DNA of 57,265 bases, filler included, from an uncultured virus (IMG/VR IMGVR_UViG_2049941000_000270) (12 parts of one record of this genome joined end to end with filler, not necessarily neighbours in it), one strand, 5' to 3'; positions 11,815 through 24,623 are shown, counted from the whole stretch's first letter. Translations and numbers: made by a program. The notes: a model not told the origin generated them from the letters alone.

Positions 11815-12528
11815 ATGCCAAAAAAGAAGAAAATTGAAGATCCCCAAATACCAGAACTGGTTATAGACAAGAATCCGATAACTCTTCTACCCCTCAAATG
11901 TNNNNNNNNNNTTTTAAGTGAAATCAGAAACCATGATATTACAATATGTGATGGAATAGCAGGTTCAGGAAAAACATACATCGCCCTCTATGAAGGTTTG
12001 ATGGGAGTTATCTCCAAGAAATATGACAAACTGATTTTATGCAAGTCTGTAATTTCAACTCCAAATGAAGATATAGGATTCATTCCCGGAACAATCGCCG
12101 AAAAGATGGAACCTCATATAATGTCCTACAAGGGAAATATGAAGAAGATGATAAAGAATGAATCAGATGTCGAGAGACTCTTCAAGGAAAAGAAAGTGGA
12201 AGTTCTGCCACTTGCATATATAAGAGGTGTGACACTGGACAATTCATTCATCATAATAGATGAGTCACAAAACATCACAATGAACCTTTTCAAATCAATA
12301 ATCACAAGAATAGGTGATGACAGCAAGATGGTATTCCTGGGTGATATAGAACAGGTTGACTTTGACCAGGAAAAGAAAAGGAAACAATCAGCACTTCAAC
12401 ATATCATTGACATTTTCCAGGATGAGGATTATATGGGACACTGTCACTTCAATGATGATGAGGTTGTAAGAAACCCGATAATACCGAAAGTAATAAAGAA
12501 ATTAAGAGATTGGAATGAAGGTAAATAA
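11815..12528 (+). CDS. phoH: PhoH-family ATPase
   Basis: GIAGSGKT, IGFIPGTIAEKMEP, PLAYIRGVTL, IIDESQN, ITRIG, GDIEQVD, VVRNPII. Confidence 0.95.
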   Translation: MPKKKKIEDPQIPELVIDKNPITLLPLKCXXXXLSEIRNHDITICDGIAGSGKTYIALYEGLMGVISKKYDKLILCKSVISTPNEDIGFIPGTIAEKMEPHIMSYKGNMKKMIKNESDVERLFKEKKVEVLPLAYIRGVTLDNSFIIIDESQNITMNLFKSIITRIGDDSKMVFLGDIEQVDFDQEKKRKQSALQHIIDIFQDEDYMGHCHFNDDEVVRNPIIPKVIKKLRDWNEGK

Positions 12529-12557
12529 AAAAGAGGAAGGTTTGACCTTCCTCTTTT
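12527..12557. terminator. Bidirectional terminator between phoH and the vWA gene
   Basis: AAAAGAGGAAGGT-TTG-ACCTTCCTCTTTT. Confidence 0.8.
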
Positions 12558-12558
12558 G

Positions 12559-13943
12559 TTATCTTATACTTTCTGCTTTTGTCGTGATTATGTGTTCCAA
12601 TCCTACTATTTCTCTCAAATAAGCAATCTCNNNNNNNNNNCAAACCTCCTTCAAGTAAATAGGTTTATGAGGGTTACCATAACAACTCCATATAGCATCA
12701 CCGAATATAAGGAATACGGAATCCTTATCCTTTCTCCTGATTTCATTGATTGTATGGGCAACATCTTCAAAGTTTTCGGAACCACCACCAGGATTCTGAC
12801 TATTGATATAATCCCAGGTCTGTGAAAGAACAACATCCTTACCCTTTGTCCTGAGCATCTTTCCATTTATCTTTCTTGGAAGGACAATCTGGTCACCAAA
12901 ACCATATACAATTACATCTGTATAAGAGAGTTCCTGACACAAGTCAATGACCTTTCCAAGGAAGGTATAAACCAAATCCTGATTTACAGAACCAGAGAAG
13001 TCAATAAAGCAATATATCTTCTGGATTACACCATGACCATATGTCCTGGTAGGAAGTACTGCGTCTCTCCATAAGTGGTTCTTATGACCATATACAGTCT
13101 TATTCTTTGCCTTTGTGGTATCTCCCTTCATCACTGATTTACCTTTAAGGAAGATCTTCAACATTTCCTTCCATTCCTCATTGTCTATCTTTGCTCTCAT
13201 TGCATTTTTCACAACAGTCCTGGACAATGCTGAACCACCTCTCTTTTCACATTTCTTTTCAAGACCATCAACAACATCTTTCTTCAGCTTCTCCATTTCC
13301 TCTTCAGATATGTCTTCTGATGTATTCTTGTTTTTGATGTCTGTCATTTCATCAATATCCTTATCAGATATACCCGCCTTCTCCATATCACTTCTGAATT
13401 CTTCATCAGATACACTGTCTCTATGTTCACCGGCAAGTTTTCCTGAACCATCATCACCATCCTTGAGTTTGTCCATAGCACTGTCAAAACCACTCTCATC
13501 ACCATTCTCAAGTGCATCTTTCAATTCAGACAGTTTCTTATCTTTTGCTGATGTGGGTTTTCCTGATTTTGAACCTGAACTACTTGATGAACTACCTGAT
13601 TCACCTGATGATGAACTACCAGATTCTGAACCAGATTCTGAACCAGATTCACCACCTGATTCTTCTTCTGACTGACTACCACTTGACTTACTTCCGGAAT
13701 CACCTCCAGTTTNNNNNNNNNNCACCTGATGATGAACTACCAGATTCTGAACCAGATTCACCACCTGATTCTCCTTCTGACTGACTACCACTTGACTTAC
13801 TTCCGGAATCACCTCCAGTTTCCTTATCCTGTTTCAGTTTATCAATAGCATTGTCAATGGCATCCTTAAGTCTGTCCTCCTCTGATTTGTCAGAATCATC
13901 ACCACTTCCACTTCCACCGGATGGATCCATATCTGATGTATCC
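12559..13943 (-). CDS. vWA-domain protein (DUF2201 C-terminal-like) preceded by a Ser/Gly/Glu low-complexity linker; gapped
   Basis: IYCFIDFSGSV (DxSGS MIDAS), GGGSENF, LIFGDA; upstream W..ML..FL segment; SGSE repeats. Confidence 0.8.
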
Positions 13944-14109
13944 NNNNNNNNNNNNNNNNNNNNNNNNNNNNNNNNNNNNNNNNNNNNNNNNNNNNNNNNN
14001 NNNNNNNNNNNNNNNNNNNNNNNNNNNNNNNNNNNNNNNNNNNNNNNNNNNNNNNNNNNNNNNNNNNNNNNNNNNNNNNNNNNNNNNNNNNNNNNNNNNN
14101 NNNNNNNNA

Positions 14110-14271
14110 CTTGGCAAACTTTTCCCATGCCTTTGCAAGACCCTGTTCTTTAGTCTCCATTTCTGGATTGATAGGTATGGACTTGACAACCTTTTCTGCC
14201 TTTTCTTCAACAGATTCCTCTGATTCATTGATATTCAATATGGCATCCAATTGTTCTAATATACTTATCAT
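14110..14271 (-). CDS. N-terminus of an unknown gene (MISILEQLDAILNINES...)
   Basis: ATG about 10 nt after the previous stop; truncated by a gap. Confidence 0.5.
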
Positions 14272-14297
14272 AATATATGTTCAAATTNNNNNNNNNN

Positions 14298-15741
14298 CTG
14301 ATTCCCAATCACCTAACTCATAATCCGGATGTTTTTCAAGTTTTTCAATCAATTCATCAAGATCCACAAAGTCAAATGTATCCACATAACAGACTTCAAA
14401 AACAGATTCCATAAGTTCTGATACACGGTATTCTGGGAAATCCTTCTCAAACTTCAAAGCAAATCTCTCATAATTACTGTCTTCCAGTCCATCTGAAATA
14501 TCTGAAAGTTCAAGTATTGTTTCAGAATTCTCATCAATATAGGCGCTGTAATAGAGTTTACCTTCATATGGTTTAGGATCAATACCTTCCTCTTCATATT
14601 CACTGTCTGCACCAGTAAAATCATCTGTAAATCTTGTAGGCTTACTCTTAAGAAGATCATCAAGGTCTTCTGGACTAAGTGGTTTAACATCATCAGAATC
14701 TTCACTCTTACCTCCCATTATCTTGGAGTATATTTTTCTACTTTCCTCATCAAGATACATCGGATTGATGGTGCCCTTATCCAACAGATATTTCATTACT
14801 TCTTCCGGACCATCTTTCTTGAGCATCTCTGTGAGTTTCTTCATTTCATCAATATAAGCNNNNNNNNNNAGCCAAATCAAGTTCAACCTCTTTCTTAAGT
14901 TTCTCCAGGTCATTATCATCCCAAAGAACCTTATTTTTCTTGAATTCCTTATCCTGGGGTTTTCCTGACATCTTACCTTTCAGAATAGGGTCAATGAAAT
15001 CATCAGGAATATCCATCTCATCAGTTGAGGTTACAGGGTCATCCCCACCTTCTGACCTCAACNNNNNNNNNNAGGAAAGACTCCTTCAGATCTTTCAACA
15101 TTTTAATGAGAGAATCAACATCATCTTTACTCATTTCAGAGAAATGGAGTTCTGTCAATGATTCAAACTTGTCAATACCACTCTGTAATATTTCAACAGT
15201 CTTTCCGGATACAAGTTCAAACTGTTGGAGATCAATGAAATTATTAAACAAAATGATCCACTTTCTGAATGGATGTTGTCTNNNNNNNNNNCTCTTTCTT
15301 TTCTTCAGCCTTCTTTGCATCCCTCTCTTCTCTCTTCTTTTTCAATTTCTCCTTTTCAATATCATCAGAAATAATGTCTTCAAGGTCATCCTTTGCCTTA
15401 TCTATCAAATCCTGTTTCTCCTCCTTTGAAAGACCACCTTCCTTCATTTTCTCCATTGCTTTCTTCAATGATTCCCTGGCCTTCTCTGCATCTTTCATCA
15501 CATCATCACTTGACTTATTGAACTGATCAGCAACTTCATCAGCATTTTCAGTAATGTCATCCATCATCTTGTCAATGTCTTTCAGAGTCTTATCCATTTC
15601 TTCTTCAGACATTCCTTTGGGACTCTTATACAAATCCTCAACAAGATCTTCAATATCCATCTTCAATCCACCTATATCACCAAGTTTTGAATCACCAAGT
15701 TCCTCAAGTTCATCCTGGATGGTCTTGTCACCGCGAGACTC
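14298..15741 (-). CDS. Acidic helical fragments, probably the continuation of the 16498 metallopeptidase gene
   Basis: Several open frames between 10-N gaps, D/E/K-rich; order uncertain. Confidence 0.5.
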
Positions 15742-15751
15742 NNNNNNNNNN

Positions 15752-16498
15752 CTTTTCCTCATCCTCTGCATCCGGATCCATCAGAACCTTTGATGCCTTT
15801 TCAATTGCATCAAGAATCTTGAGTTCAATGTCATCAAGTGAGAAACCATTTCTGTCAAGCCACTCCTTATATTCCTTATCACCATACTTATCCATTATTT
15901 CCTCCCAGGTCATACCTGCATATTCCTTCTTATAAAGCATATTCATCTTCTTGAAGAAACTGTCATCAACAATACCATCCTCAACCATTGATGAATTGAC
16001 CTCATAGTCCATACAGATGTTGGCTTTCATATTGGCTTTCTTTCTTGCACCTTCCAAACCATCAGCAAACATCTCCGCAGGATACATATTATTGAATCTC
16101 ATAATATGATCAAAGAAGACATGGAACATTTCATGGAACAGGACACCGAATACCCTATCACTGTTCATCTTACAAGTGTTATAGACATAACCCATATTTA
16201 TCCAGAGATTGTTGAAATTATCAACCATCATTGTATCACAGAACTCACTTGGATAAACAGGAATATACATAGGTTTACACTTTGACATAAAATTATAGAG
16301 ATATGGATAATCTCTCATCATTTTATATATAGCATCTGAACAGACCTTAAGAATATCATCAGCTTTAACCTTTACATATGCCTTTGTCTTTATGTCATAT
16401 ATATCTATTTCTCCCATCTTTTCAATGATGTCTTCATTACCGGTTATGACATCATAATAAGATGATTCATTTAAACTTCTATACATCTGATTATACAT
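15752..16498 (-). CDS. Zincin-like metallopeptidase (DUF2201 N-terminal-like), N-terminal part
   Basis: TMMVD..NLWIN, GVLFHEMFHVFFDHIMR (HExxH), ANICMDYEVN; likely start MYNQMYRSLNE downstream of CATAAATA. Confidence 0.8.
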
Positions 16499-16535
16499 AA
16501 AATTGTGGATAAATAATATATTGTATTTATGAAAT

Positions 16536-16564
16536 AAAAAAGGAAGTGGGTGTCCACTTCCTTT
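16536..16564 (-). terminator. Intrinsic terminator after the MoxR-like AAA+ gene
   Basis: AAAGGAAGTGG-GTGT-CCACTTCCTTT with an A tract. Confidence 0.75.
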
Positions 16565-16583
16565 CAATTATATGCAGATTTTA

Positions 16584-19352
16584 TTAAGCAAAATCACTCT
16601 TGTCATACTTGTATCTTTCAGCAGTTGCTTCAAGATATTCCTTCAATGCTTTCAATGTCTCCTTATTCTTCATAACATCAAGGAATTTGATGATATTGAT
16701 GTGCATAATCTTTACAAAGTTGTCCTTTGAACCAGAGAAGGTCTTATTAAGATTGTTGAACACATTCATAAGGATATCAACACTTGGGACATTGTCAGGT
16801 GAATAAACAACCTTTATGTAATTCTCAATTCTCTTACATACTTCTGCACATTTTGCATCTGAAGGAATTACATAATCAGGATCCTCCAAAATCCTCTGTA
16901 CATTGATAGATGTCTTTGCATGTTCCTGGAGGAATCTTACATATTTCTTTGACATCTCTGCACCTATAATAGCATCAGCCTTCAAACGGATTTCATCTGC
17001 TGGAATCTCTGAAATTTCTGCATATCCATGATTCTTCTTGTAAAGATTGAGTTCATGTATAAGAGCTGACCATGTACGAGGTGTTGGCCAACCGGATTTA
17101 CCCTTTTCATACTCTTCAGGTCTGATAGTATGCCAGTTGGTATATTCACCTTCCTCATTCTTTTCAAACATAAGGAACTCAAGAGTTACATCATCAAAAT
17201 GACCCTTTGTTACAGCCCACTTTTTCCAGTCATCAAATGATGGGATGAAATTGTACTGACCACCAAGGAAACGTGTACCTACAACAGCACCTGTTGAACC
17301 ATAACCTCTTTCAACTTCAGCATCATCCTGTGGACGGTTAGAACAGCAGATGATAGCCCATTTGTCACCAAGAAGGAACTCATCATTATATGTTCTTGTA
17401 AGAAGAAGCTGCATCAAAATCTTGAATATCATCTCATCGGCACGGAAGAATTCATCAAAAAGAAGAATACCTCCTTCTGTTGTCTCTGTAACAATGAGAC
17501 GACCCTGTTTCATACTCTTGTCAACATGACCATTGGCAATGTTGTTAAGAATGTCATTCTCTTCCTGACTTGCTGATATACGGTAACAAGGCAACCAGGT
17601 CTTCGGAGCTTCTGTTGAAACCTTGTGCATATTACCCTTGATTTTTTCTATAGTATCTGTTGAAACACCAGATGACTGGATGAGTTCCTTGACCTTTGGT
17701 CTATCATTGAGGTAATCCTCAACCTTCTTATCTACAGGAATAGGAAGTGTAAAACCGTCAACTGTAAGGTCACCACACTCAACAACCATCAATGCTTTCT
17801 GATGAAATTCATCCTGCTTACTGTTCCACTCCTTGACAATACTCTTTGGAATACTTGACTTACCAATACCTGGAGCACCCCAGATAAGTATAGAACCACC
17901 ACCTTCTTCCTCACCTTCCTGATAAGCAGGTACATTCTTGATGGCATCCTCAATGATTGTTCCGAGCTGTTTTGAGTTGATATCAGGAATATCCCTAAGA
18001 CCACCTGCCTCTGCACTGAAACCTACTCTCTTGAAATTCTCCTCATTAATCATCTTGAGACAACCGGTATTTCCATACTTCTCATAATGTTCATTGATCA
18101 TACCTTTGAAAGTCTCATAGTTCTTGTACTCAATACTGTCCTTGTCAATGATTCCATAATATTCAGGACTCTCAACAATGTCAGCATGCTTCTCAACACC
18201 CTCAAGAAATTCATTCTCAACACCACAGAAACCATGAACACCAGGTATTGNNNNNNNNNNAGGATACATTTCTCCATTTTCTGCAAAGAAGGTGATAAAT
18301 TTATCAAACTTCAAAATAACTGATTTGAAGAATCCCTTTATCTTTTCAACACCCTTATTGATGAAATCCTTTACCTTTCCCTCATTCACAAAGGTATCGA
18401 AATCAACTATATGATTCAATTTATTATCCATATCTGTTATATTTTTATTTTCAGTAACACCCTCTTCATCTTCTTCAGACATTGTCTTAAAGAGGTCTCT
18501 TCTGTATTTTTTGTTCATTGTCTTTGTCTCATCCTCTGTACCACCAATGATAGGAAGATCAGCCCTTACTGTCTTGGTCTCAAGTGTACCATCAGGATTT
18601 CTGAATTTCTTCTCAATCCACTTTGGAGTCCATTTTTTCAATGACTGTGAGAATGAACTGAACAGGAACATATTCTTGAAATCAGCACAAGATGAAACAT
18701 CCCAACTACAAATAGTATCATTGTTAAATGTTGATTTGTAGAACATACCTTCCATAGTCTTTACCCTACCGGTATCCCAACTACTCAAATCAATGTTTGG
18801 CAGATCCGTAAAAGCAAACAATGCTGCCATATTTGTGATTGAAGAAACATCCAGTCTTCTCAAGATACCCTTATGAGTCATCTCATTGGTGTGTTCCTCT
18901 TCTACCATATCATAGAAGTCATTGATAAAACCAAAGATGTTGTATTTTGATACCTTGTTGTCAGTAAGTTTGACAGCACCAGTGATTGTTCTCTTTTCTT
19001 CTGGTTCATCAGGATTAGTCTTTTCACCACCTTCACCGGTTTCATCTTCAATATCACCAGTAATGGGTTCATCCTCATCTTTCTTAATGTCATCATCTGA
19101 CAGAAAGTCTTCATCCCAGAATGCCTCATTGAGTCTTGAGAACTTTAATCTGTTTCTCTCAATTGTCTCATTGATATGTTCAATGTTGTCTTCTACAGAT
19201 TTATTGATAAGTTCCTCATTTTCAACAAGCCACTTGTCAAACTCATCTGCAATCTCATCATCAGACATTGTAATATTACTCTCGTTTAGTTTCTTCCTAA
19301 ACTCAGCTTCCCACCTGATAACAGCAGGACACAGTAATTGTTCTATTGTCAT
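16584..19352 (-). CDS. MoxR-like AAA+ ATPase with N-terminal acidic region and DUF285/BspA-like repeats
   Basis: IWGAPGIGKS (Walker A), GGILLFDEFFRA (Walker B), CSNRPQD, WPTPRTW; repeats LDVSSITNMAALF / WDTGRVKTMEGMF / WDVSSCADFKNMF; one 10-N gap at 18251. Confidence 0.82.
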   Translation of the reverse strand: MTIEQLLCPAVIRWEAEFRKKLNESNITMSDDEIADEFDKWLVENEELINKSVEDNIEHINETIERNRLKFSRLNEAFWDEDFLSDDDIKKDEDEPITGDIEDETGEGGEKTNPDEPEEKRTITGAVKLTDNKVSKYNIFGFINDFYDMVEEEHTNEMTHKGILRRLDVSSITNMAALFAFTDLPNIDLSSWDTGRVKTMEGMFYKSTFNNDTICSWDVSSCADFKNMFLFSSFSQSLKKWTPKWIEKKFRNPDGTLETKTVRADLPIIGGTEDETKTMNKKYRRDLFKTMSEEDEEGVTENKNITDMDNKLNHIVDFDTFVNEGKVKDFINKGVEKIKGFFKSVILKFDKFITFFAENGEMYPXXXXIPGVHGFCGVENEFLEGVEKHADIVESPEYYGIIDKDSIEYKNYETFKGMINEHYEKYGNTGCLKMINEENFKRVGFSAEAGGLRDIPDINSKQLGTIIEDAIKNVPAYQEGEEEGGGSILIWGAPGIGKSSIPKSIVKEWNSKQDEFHQKALMVVECGDLTVDGFTLPIPVDKKVEDYLNDRPKVKELIQSSGVSTDTIEKIKGNMHKVSTEAPKTWLPCYRISASQEENDILNNIANGHVDKSMKQGRLIVTETTEGGILLFDEFFRADEMIFKILMQLLLTRTYNDEFLLGDKWAIICCSNRPQDDAEVERGYGSTGAVVGTRFLGGQYNFIPSFDDWKKWAVTKGHFDDVTLEFLMFEKNEEGEYTNWHTIRPEEYEKGKSGWPTPRTWSALIHELNLYKKNHGYAEISEIPADEIRLKADAIIGAEMSKKYVRFLQEHAKTSINVQRILEDPDYVIPSDAKCAEVCKRIENYIKVVYSPDNVPSVDILMNVFNNLNKTFSGSKDNFVKIMHINIIKFLDVMKNKETLKALKEYLEATAERYKYDKSDFA

Positions 19353-19364
19353 AATCTATATAGT

Positions 19365-20110
19365 TTATTTTCTTGATAATTCTCTCTTAAGTTTCTTCTT
19401 CCAGAACTCACGACCTTCCTTACCGTTCAATACATCATGGAACATACTCAATGTACGCCAGTTGATTGACTGATAGTTTGGATCAGCCAGGAGTTTCTCA
19501 ACTTCCTCAATGAACTCTTCAGTGATGTCTCTTGGAATTGCACACTTATCATCAGGAATAGTCTTATCTGCATATTCTGTAAGAATCTTCTTCTTCATAA
19601 CTGTCCAAATTGATTCAGCAAGAGGTGCAATATCATAGTTCTCAAAACGAGATGAGATAGCATCCCAGTTACCCTTACCTACTTCATTGATAAATACATC
19701 TCTTTCAGAGTTGGAGATGATAACAACAAGACCTCTGAAGATGAACTCATTAGGCATTGCAGGTTGGGTATTTGCTTCCTCATCCTTCCATGCATCATCA
19801 ATTTTTGTCATATAGAGGTCAATCATTTCCTGATCGGCATCTTCCTTACTTGCAACACCGCCTGGTGCAGTACCACTATAGTAAAGACTGTATTTCTTCA
19901 TCTCCTTCTTATAAAAATCTGTCTTATCATCAGCTGACTTACGACCGATTTCTGTATAATACATCTTCTGTCTGTCACCCTTAAGTCTTCTTACATTATA
20001 AACCTTCAGTTTTGACTCCTTACCAGGATAACCAATCAAACAGTCTTCAATATCTGTCTGGAGAGCATTCTTCCACATAGAAACACGATAGTCACCATCA
20101 AAAAGATTTG
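19365..20110 (-). CDS. C-terminal part of a P-loop ATPase
   Basis: NLFDGDYRVSMWKNALQ ... EFIFRGLVVIISN ... AISSR; logically follows the Walker B fragment at 20798. Confidence 0.65.
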
Positions 20111-20238
20111 NNNNNNNNNNTACCAGGGATGGTCAGACAAGATATATGATGGACTGTGCCAACAATGTAATGTTGCTTGCAACAGGTGGTAGAGTTGCCG
20201 GTTCAGTACAGAAGGCAGTTGATGCCGGNNNNNNNNNN

Positions 20239-20787
20239 AAAAATCTCCAATATTGTAGCAAAGAGGTTGCAGAATATTGGTGATTTTGCTGTTGGATACA
20301 ATGTTGTTTATCTGAATGGTGTTCCTGGTGTAAGATTCTTTGACAGGAATGGAGGTAAGCAGATTGTCTGCTGCCGTGATCAGAATGAGAAATTCATTTC
20401 AATATTTGACACATTTGAGATGGGTAAGGAAAATGTTGCATTGGTTACCTATTCAACAAAGAAACTTGGTTTCAAGGATATGCTTGATCAGTTGGTTTAT
20501 GACTTACAGAATCCTGAACAAGTTGATGAGTCATTTGCCGGAAGAATTGGTGCCGGTTATGTTGAGAAGAATGTAAAGAACTTTGAGAAGATGTCAGAGG
20601 ATGACAAACAGTATGTATATGGTTTTATCCGTGATTATGGTGTAAAGAATGCAGTTGAACAGTATTTCTTATTGATTCAGGATAATGATCCAATGGCAAC
20701 AAGAATTCTTAAGACATTTGTTGGTGGTCCATTGGCCACCAGGGATGGTCAGACAAGATATATGATGGACTGTGCCAACAATGTAAT
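20239..20787 (+). CDS. Internal fragment of an unknown protein, probably the inverted N-terminal part of the neighbouring ATPase gene
   Basis: Open frame; its end is duplicated at 20121-20170, whose continuation is found inverted at 21154-21204. Confidence 0.45.
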
Positions 20788-20797
20788 NNNNNNNNNN

Positions 20798-21143
20798 CAT
20801 CAAATACCAGCATCTTACCATTATACTCATACATAAGCTGATAAACAGAGTCTGCTGTTGAACAACCTGAACCTGCCCACACATAGTCTCTGTTCAATAC
20901 CATATTCTTTTCCTTGAGGATTTTCTTGAGGGTATGTGTCTTACCTATACCACCCTTACCGGTGAGAAGTACACCACGTCTTGACATGATTGACTTGTCA
21001 TTATTGTCAAGGTCACCATTCTGGTGTACATAGTTACACATAGCACTTATAACCAACTCCAACTCTGTGATGGTTGATTCATAATTCTCTGTGTCCTCTT
21101 CAATCTTGGCCTTCAGAAGGTCTTCTCTTGCTTTCATCTTCTT
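20798..21143 (-). CDS. P-loop/AAA-type ATPase fragment
   Basis: VLLTGKGGIGKT (Walker A), YQLMYEYNGKMLVFD (Walker B); overlapping copy on the + strand at 27498-27700. Confidence 0.75.
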
Positions 21144-21561
21144 NNNNNNNNNNGCCGGCATCAACTGCCTTCTGTACTGAACCGGCAACTCTACCACCTG
21201 TTGCNNNNNNNNNNATGAGAATGACAACTGGAAGATTGAAGGTATCAATGAAAGTAAAGATAACTGGACATTGAGTTACAAGGGTAATGAACTTATTGAG
21301 TGCAAGGAGAATTATGCTTATTTCAGTAATGATGTCATCTCATTTGAAGATGCCTGTAAGGTTGCCGGTGTGATTGAAGCATTCTATGGACATGAGGTTG
21401 ACTTATCCAAGTATAAGAATGTTGAATAATATAAATTATGGGATGTAATTGTTCAAAAGATNNNNNNNNNNNNNNNNNNNNNNNNNNNNNNNNNNNNNNN
21501 NNNNNTTAATTAATTAANNNNNNNNNNNNNNNNNNNNNNNNNNNNNNNNNNNNNNNNNNNN

Positions 21562-24515
21562 TCCGAGATGTTCACCTTCTACACCCTGGTCTTTCAGGAG
21601 TTGTGTGAGTTGGTATTCATCATCTTTTGCAAATGTCTTTTCAGGTCTGAAGAGGAATGGTTTGAGAACTTTAACAACTTCCTTGTTGAGTTTTACATTA
21701 TTCTCCTCATCTTCTTTATAGAGCATATTTTTGAATTTCTCGTTGGCAACAATTTTCTTGTAGAGTTCACCTTTCTTGAGGAGAGGTATGATTCTGATGT
21801 CAACAAAGTCATAAGTTCTCTTTCTCTTGTTTGCAGGATCACTCATGAATTTCTTTGATGCCCTCTTGTAATATTCCTTGTCATCACCCTTGATGAATGT
21901 AGGTTTGGTAGGTTTCTTACCTTCCTTACCATCTTTTTCCCACTTCTTGACTTCTTTCTCCCACTTTTCAATAGATTCATTATATGTGTCTTTTGAAACT
22001 CTGTAGTATCTTACATTCTCAATGGTTGATTCATCCTTCATTACTGATTTTGATTTGATTGAACCATCCTCATTTGTCTTGATTGAAACTTTTGATGCAT
22101 ATTCACCACCAAGGAATTCATAGGCAACCTTGTTGTTCTTGCTCTCATCANNNNNNNNNNAGCACACATCATAGTAAGAGTATCAATTACAACACCCACT
22201 CCAGTTGTTTCTTTCTTTTCCTCTTCACCTTCCTTTGGTTCATCTCCATCCTTTCCGGTCTTTTCCTCCACCTTTATATAGAATGCTATGAACTGTGGTT
22301 CCTCAATTTCCTTCTTCTCTTCCTTTTCCTTTGCCTCATTTACCTTGATGTCTTCAATGTCAAGTGATTTGAACTCTTCCCATGCATTGTTATGGAGAGT
22401 CTTCAAGGTGTCAAATGCTTTACTTGAACCTTCAATCTTGTCAGCAGGTAACATTTCAACCCTGTCAACAACATAAGCTGCTGCACCTCTTGTTGCTGAT
22501 GCAAACCTTATCTTATATTCACCCCATTTCTTGTCATCAAAGAATGGCATAACCATAGGAAGGAATGGTACATCAGGAGTAAGTACATCAAACATACCCT
22601 TGATAGGTTCAATGGTTGTGATGACATTTGCAATCTCACCAGTACCATATGTGTGTAACTGGAGTAAATCCATATCCTTACCTGCAATTTCAGCAGCCTT
22701 CTGGAAAATCATATTTGCCTGTTCCTGGTTTACACCTGTGAGGTAGTTTGCAAAACCATACATACCCTTTGATGCTTCCTGGGTAGCGGCTGAACCTATA
22801 GTACCAAGGATTGCAGATTCAGGAAGTTGATCTTTCAGTGCTTNNNNNNNNNNTTGTTACTACCAAGAGTGGTCTTTCTCAATGTATAGTTTGCTTTCTT
22901 GTCATCAACTGTTGAGTCAATGTATTTCTTACCCATACCATAAAGAACATTCTGTGTGGTAAGAGTCTTCATTGTCTGGCCAAGAGTTGTTCTGATATAA
23001 TCCTTTGTATCATTATCATTATCTTTCAATGGTCTGAATGAAAGTCTTGAAAGGAGACCTTTCATAAAGTAAGGTTGTGGTCTTCTTCTGATTTCCACTG
23101 ATTCGTTGAAATTGCAGACATCAGTACACATCATAGTAAGAGTNNNNNNNNNNGCTTCCTGGGTAGTGGCTGAACCTATAGTACCGAGGATTGCAGATTC
23201 AGGAAGTTGGTCTTTCAGTGCTTCTATTGCCTGTCTTATAGGACCGGTACCTCCCCATTTTGATGTATCAAATACAGCGGTGAAAGGAAGATCTGCATTG
23301 TCCTTGAATGATTCAAGTGCATCATAAACAGCGGATGAACCTTTTGCATCAATAGGTGCAGAAAGAAATTTATCAAGTGCACTTACATTTGCATCTGTTG
23401 CACCAGGCATTTCCTTCACAGCATTGATGACATCATCTTTTGATTTGAAGAGATCATCATTTCTGAAATCACCTCCAAGATTTTGTATTTCTTCAGATAC
23501 TTCCTTGAATCCACCTTCTGTAAATGCATTCTTTGGACTTATTTTCTTTGTAATCTCATAGACTGCTTCACCGAATTTGGTCATATCATCACCACCTGTC
23601 CATCCCATTGTATTACAAATTTCTCTCATAAGAGGACCGATAGTCTTTATAAATGTTGCTGCACTGAATATGTTTGCAATAAGTGAAAGTCCGAAGAAGA
23701 TACTGGTCTTCCTATCAAAGAACTTTTCACCAGGTTTTCTTTCCTTGTTTCTTCTATATACAAGTCTCAACATACCTATACCGTTCCAGGTCAAACCTAC
23801 AAGGGCTGCTATAAATGCTGTAAGAGCACCACCAAGTCCGGCAAGAACCAGAACCTTTGGAAGCATCCATACAATAAGTGATGCACAGAGACCGATAAGT
23901 ATACACTTCCACCAACTCATCTTGGTACCATCTGGTTTGTAACCAGCCAACCAGGCAATGAACTTGTTGTCAACTATAGATTCTGCAACATATGATTCTG
24001 TCATCAGTTTTGAAGCATTNNNNNNNNNNCAGCATAGATACCATCAGTATCATCAATACCCATAAGTTCTCTTACCTCATCCTTTTCATTCTTGAGACCG
24101 CCAAGTCTATCTACGACATTAACGAGATTATCATCAATTGATGTGAAAACTTCAAGGATTTTATTGATGAATTTTTCAATACTGTCAATACCTTTTTTTA
24201 CAATATCTTCAATAAGTTCTTTGAGGGCTTTATATTTTTCTTCAAAGTCTTTCTTTGCTTCCTTGGCCCAGTTAACAAGGTCTTCTTTCTTTGCCTTTAC
24301 AACTTCAACACCTTTTGCTGTAATATCCTTTGCACCATCCAGAACTGTTTTGGCAACATTCTTGAGTTTTCTGAATATCTTTATCTCCTCATTTAGTGAA
24401 AGAATACCTGAAAGAGTTGTTTCATCATATTCAACACCTTCTTCAAGCATTGATTCTTTACTGATGATTGCCTCACATACAGCAAGATCCTCCTTCATCC
24501 TTTCCTCATACTGTT
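21562..24515 (-). CDS. Fragments of one or more large unknown proteins with two predicted transmembrane regions
   Basis: Long open frames between gaps; hydrophobic WWKCILIGLCASLIVWMLPKVLVLAGLGGALTAFIAALVGLTW and IFFGLSLIANIFSAATFI; overlaps between pieces show they belong together. Confidence 0.55.
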
Positions 24516-24623
24516 NNNNNNNNNNNNNNNNNNNNNNNNNNNNNNNNNNNNNNNNNNNNTTAATTAATTAANNNNNNNNNNNNNNNNNNNNNNNNNNNNN
24601 NNNNNNNNNNNNNNNAACCGGTT

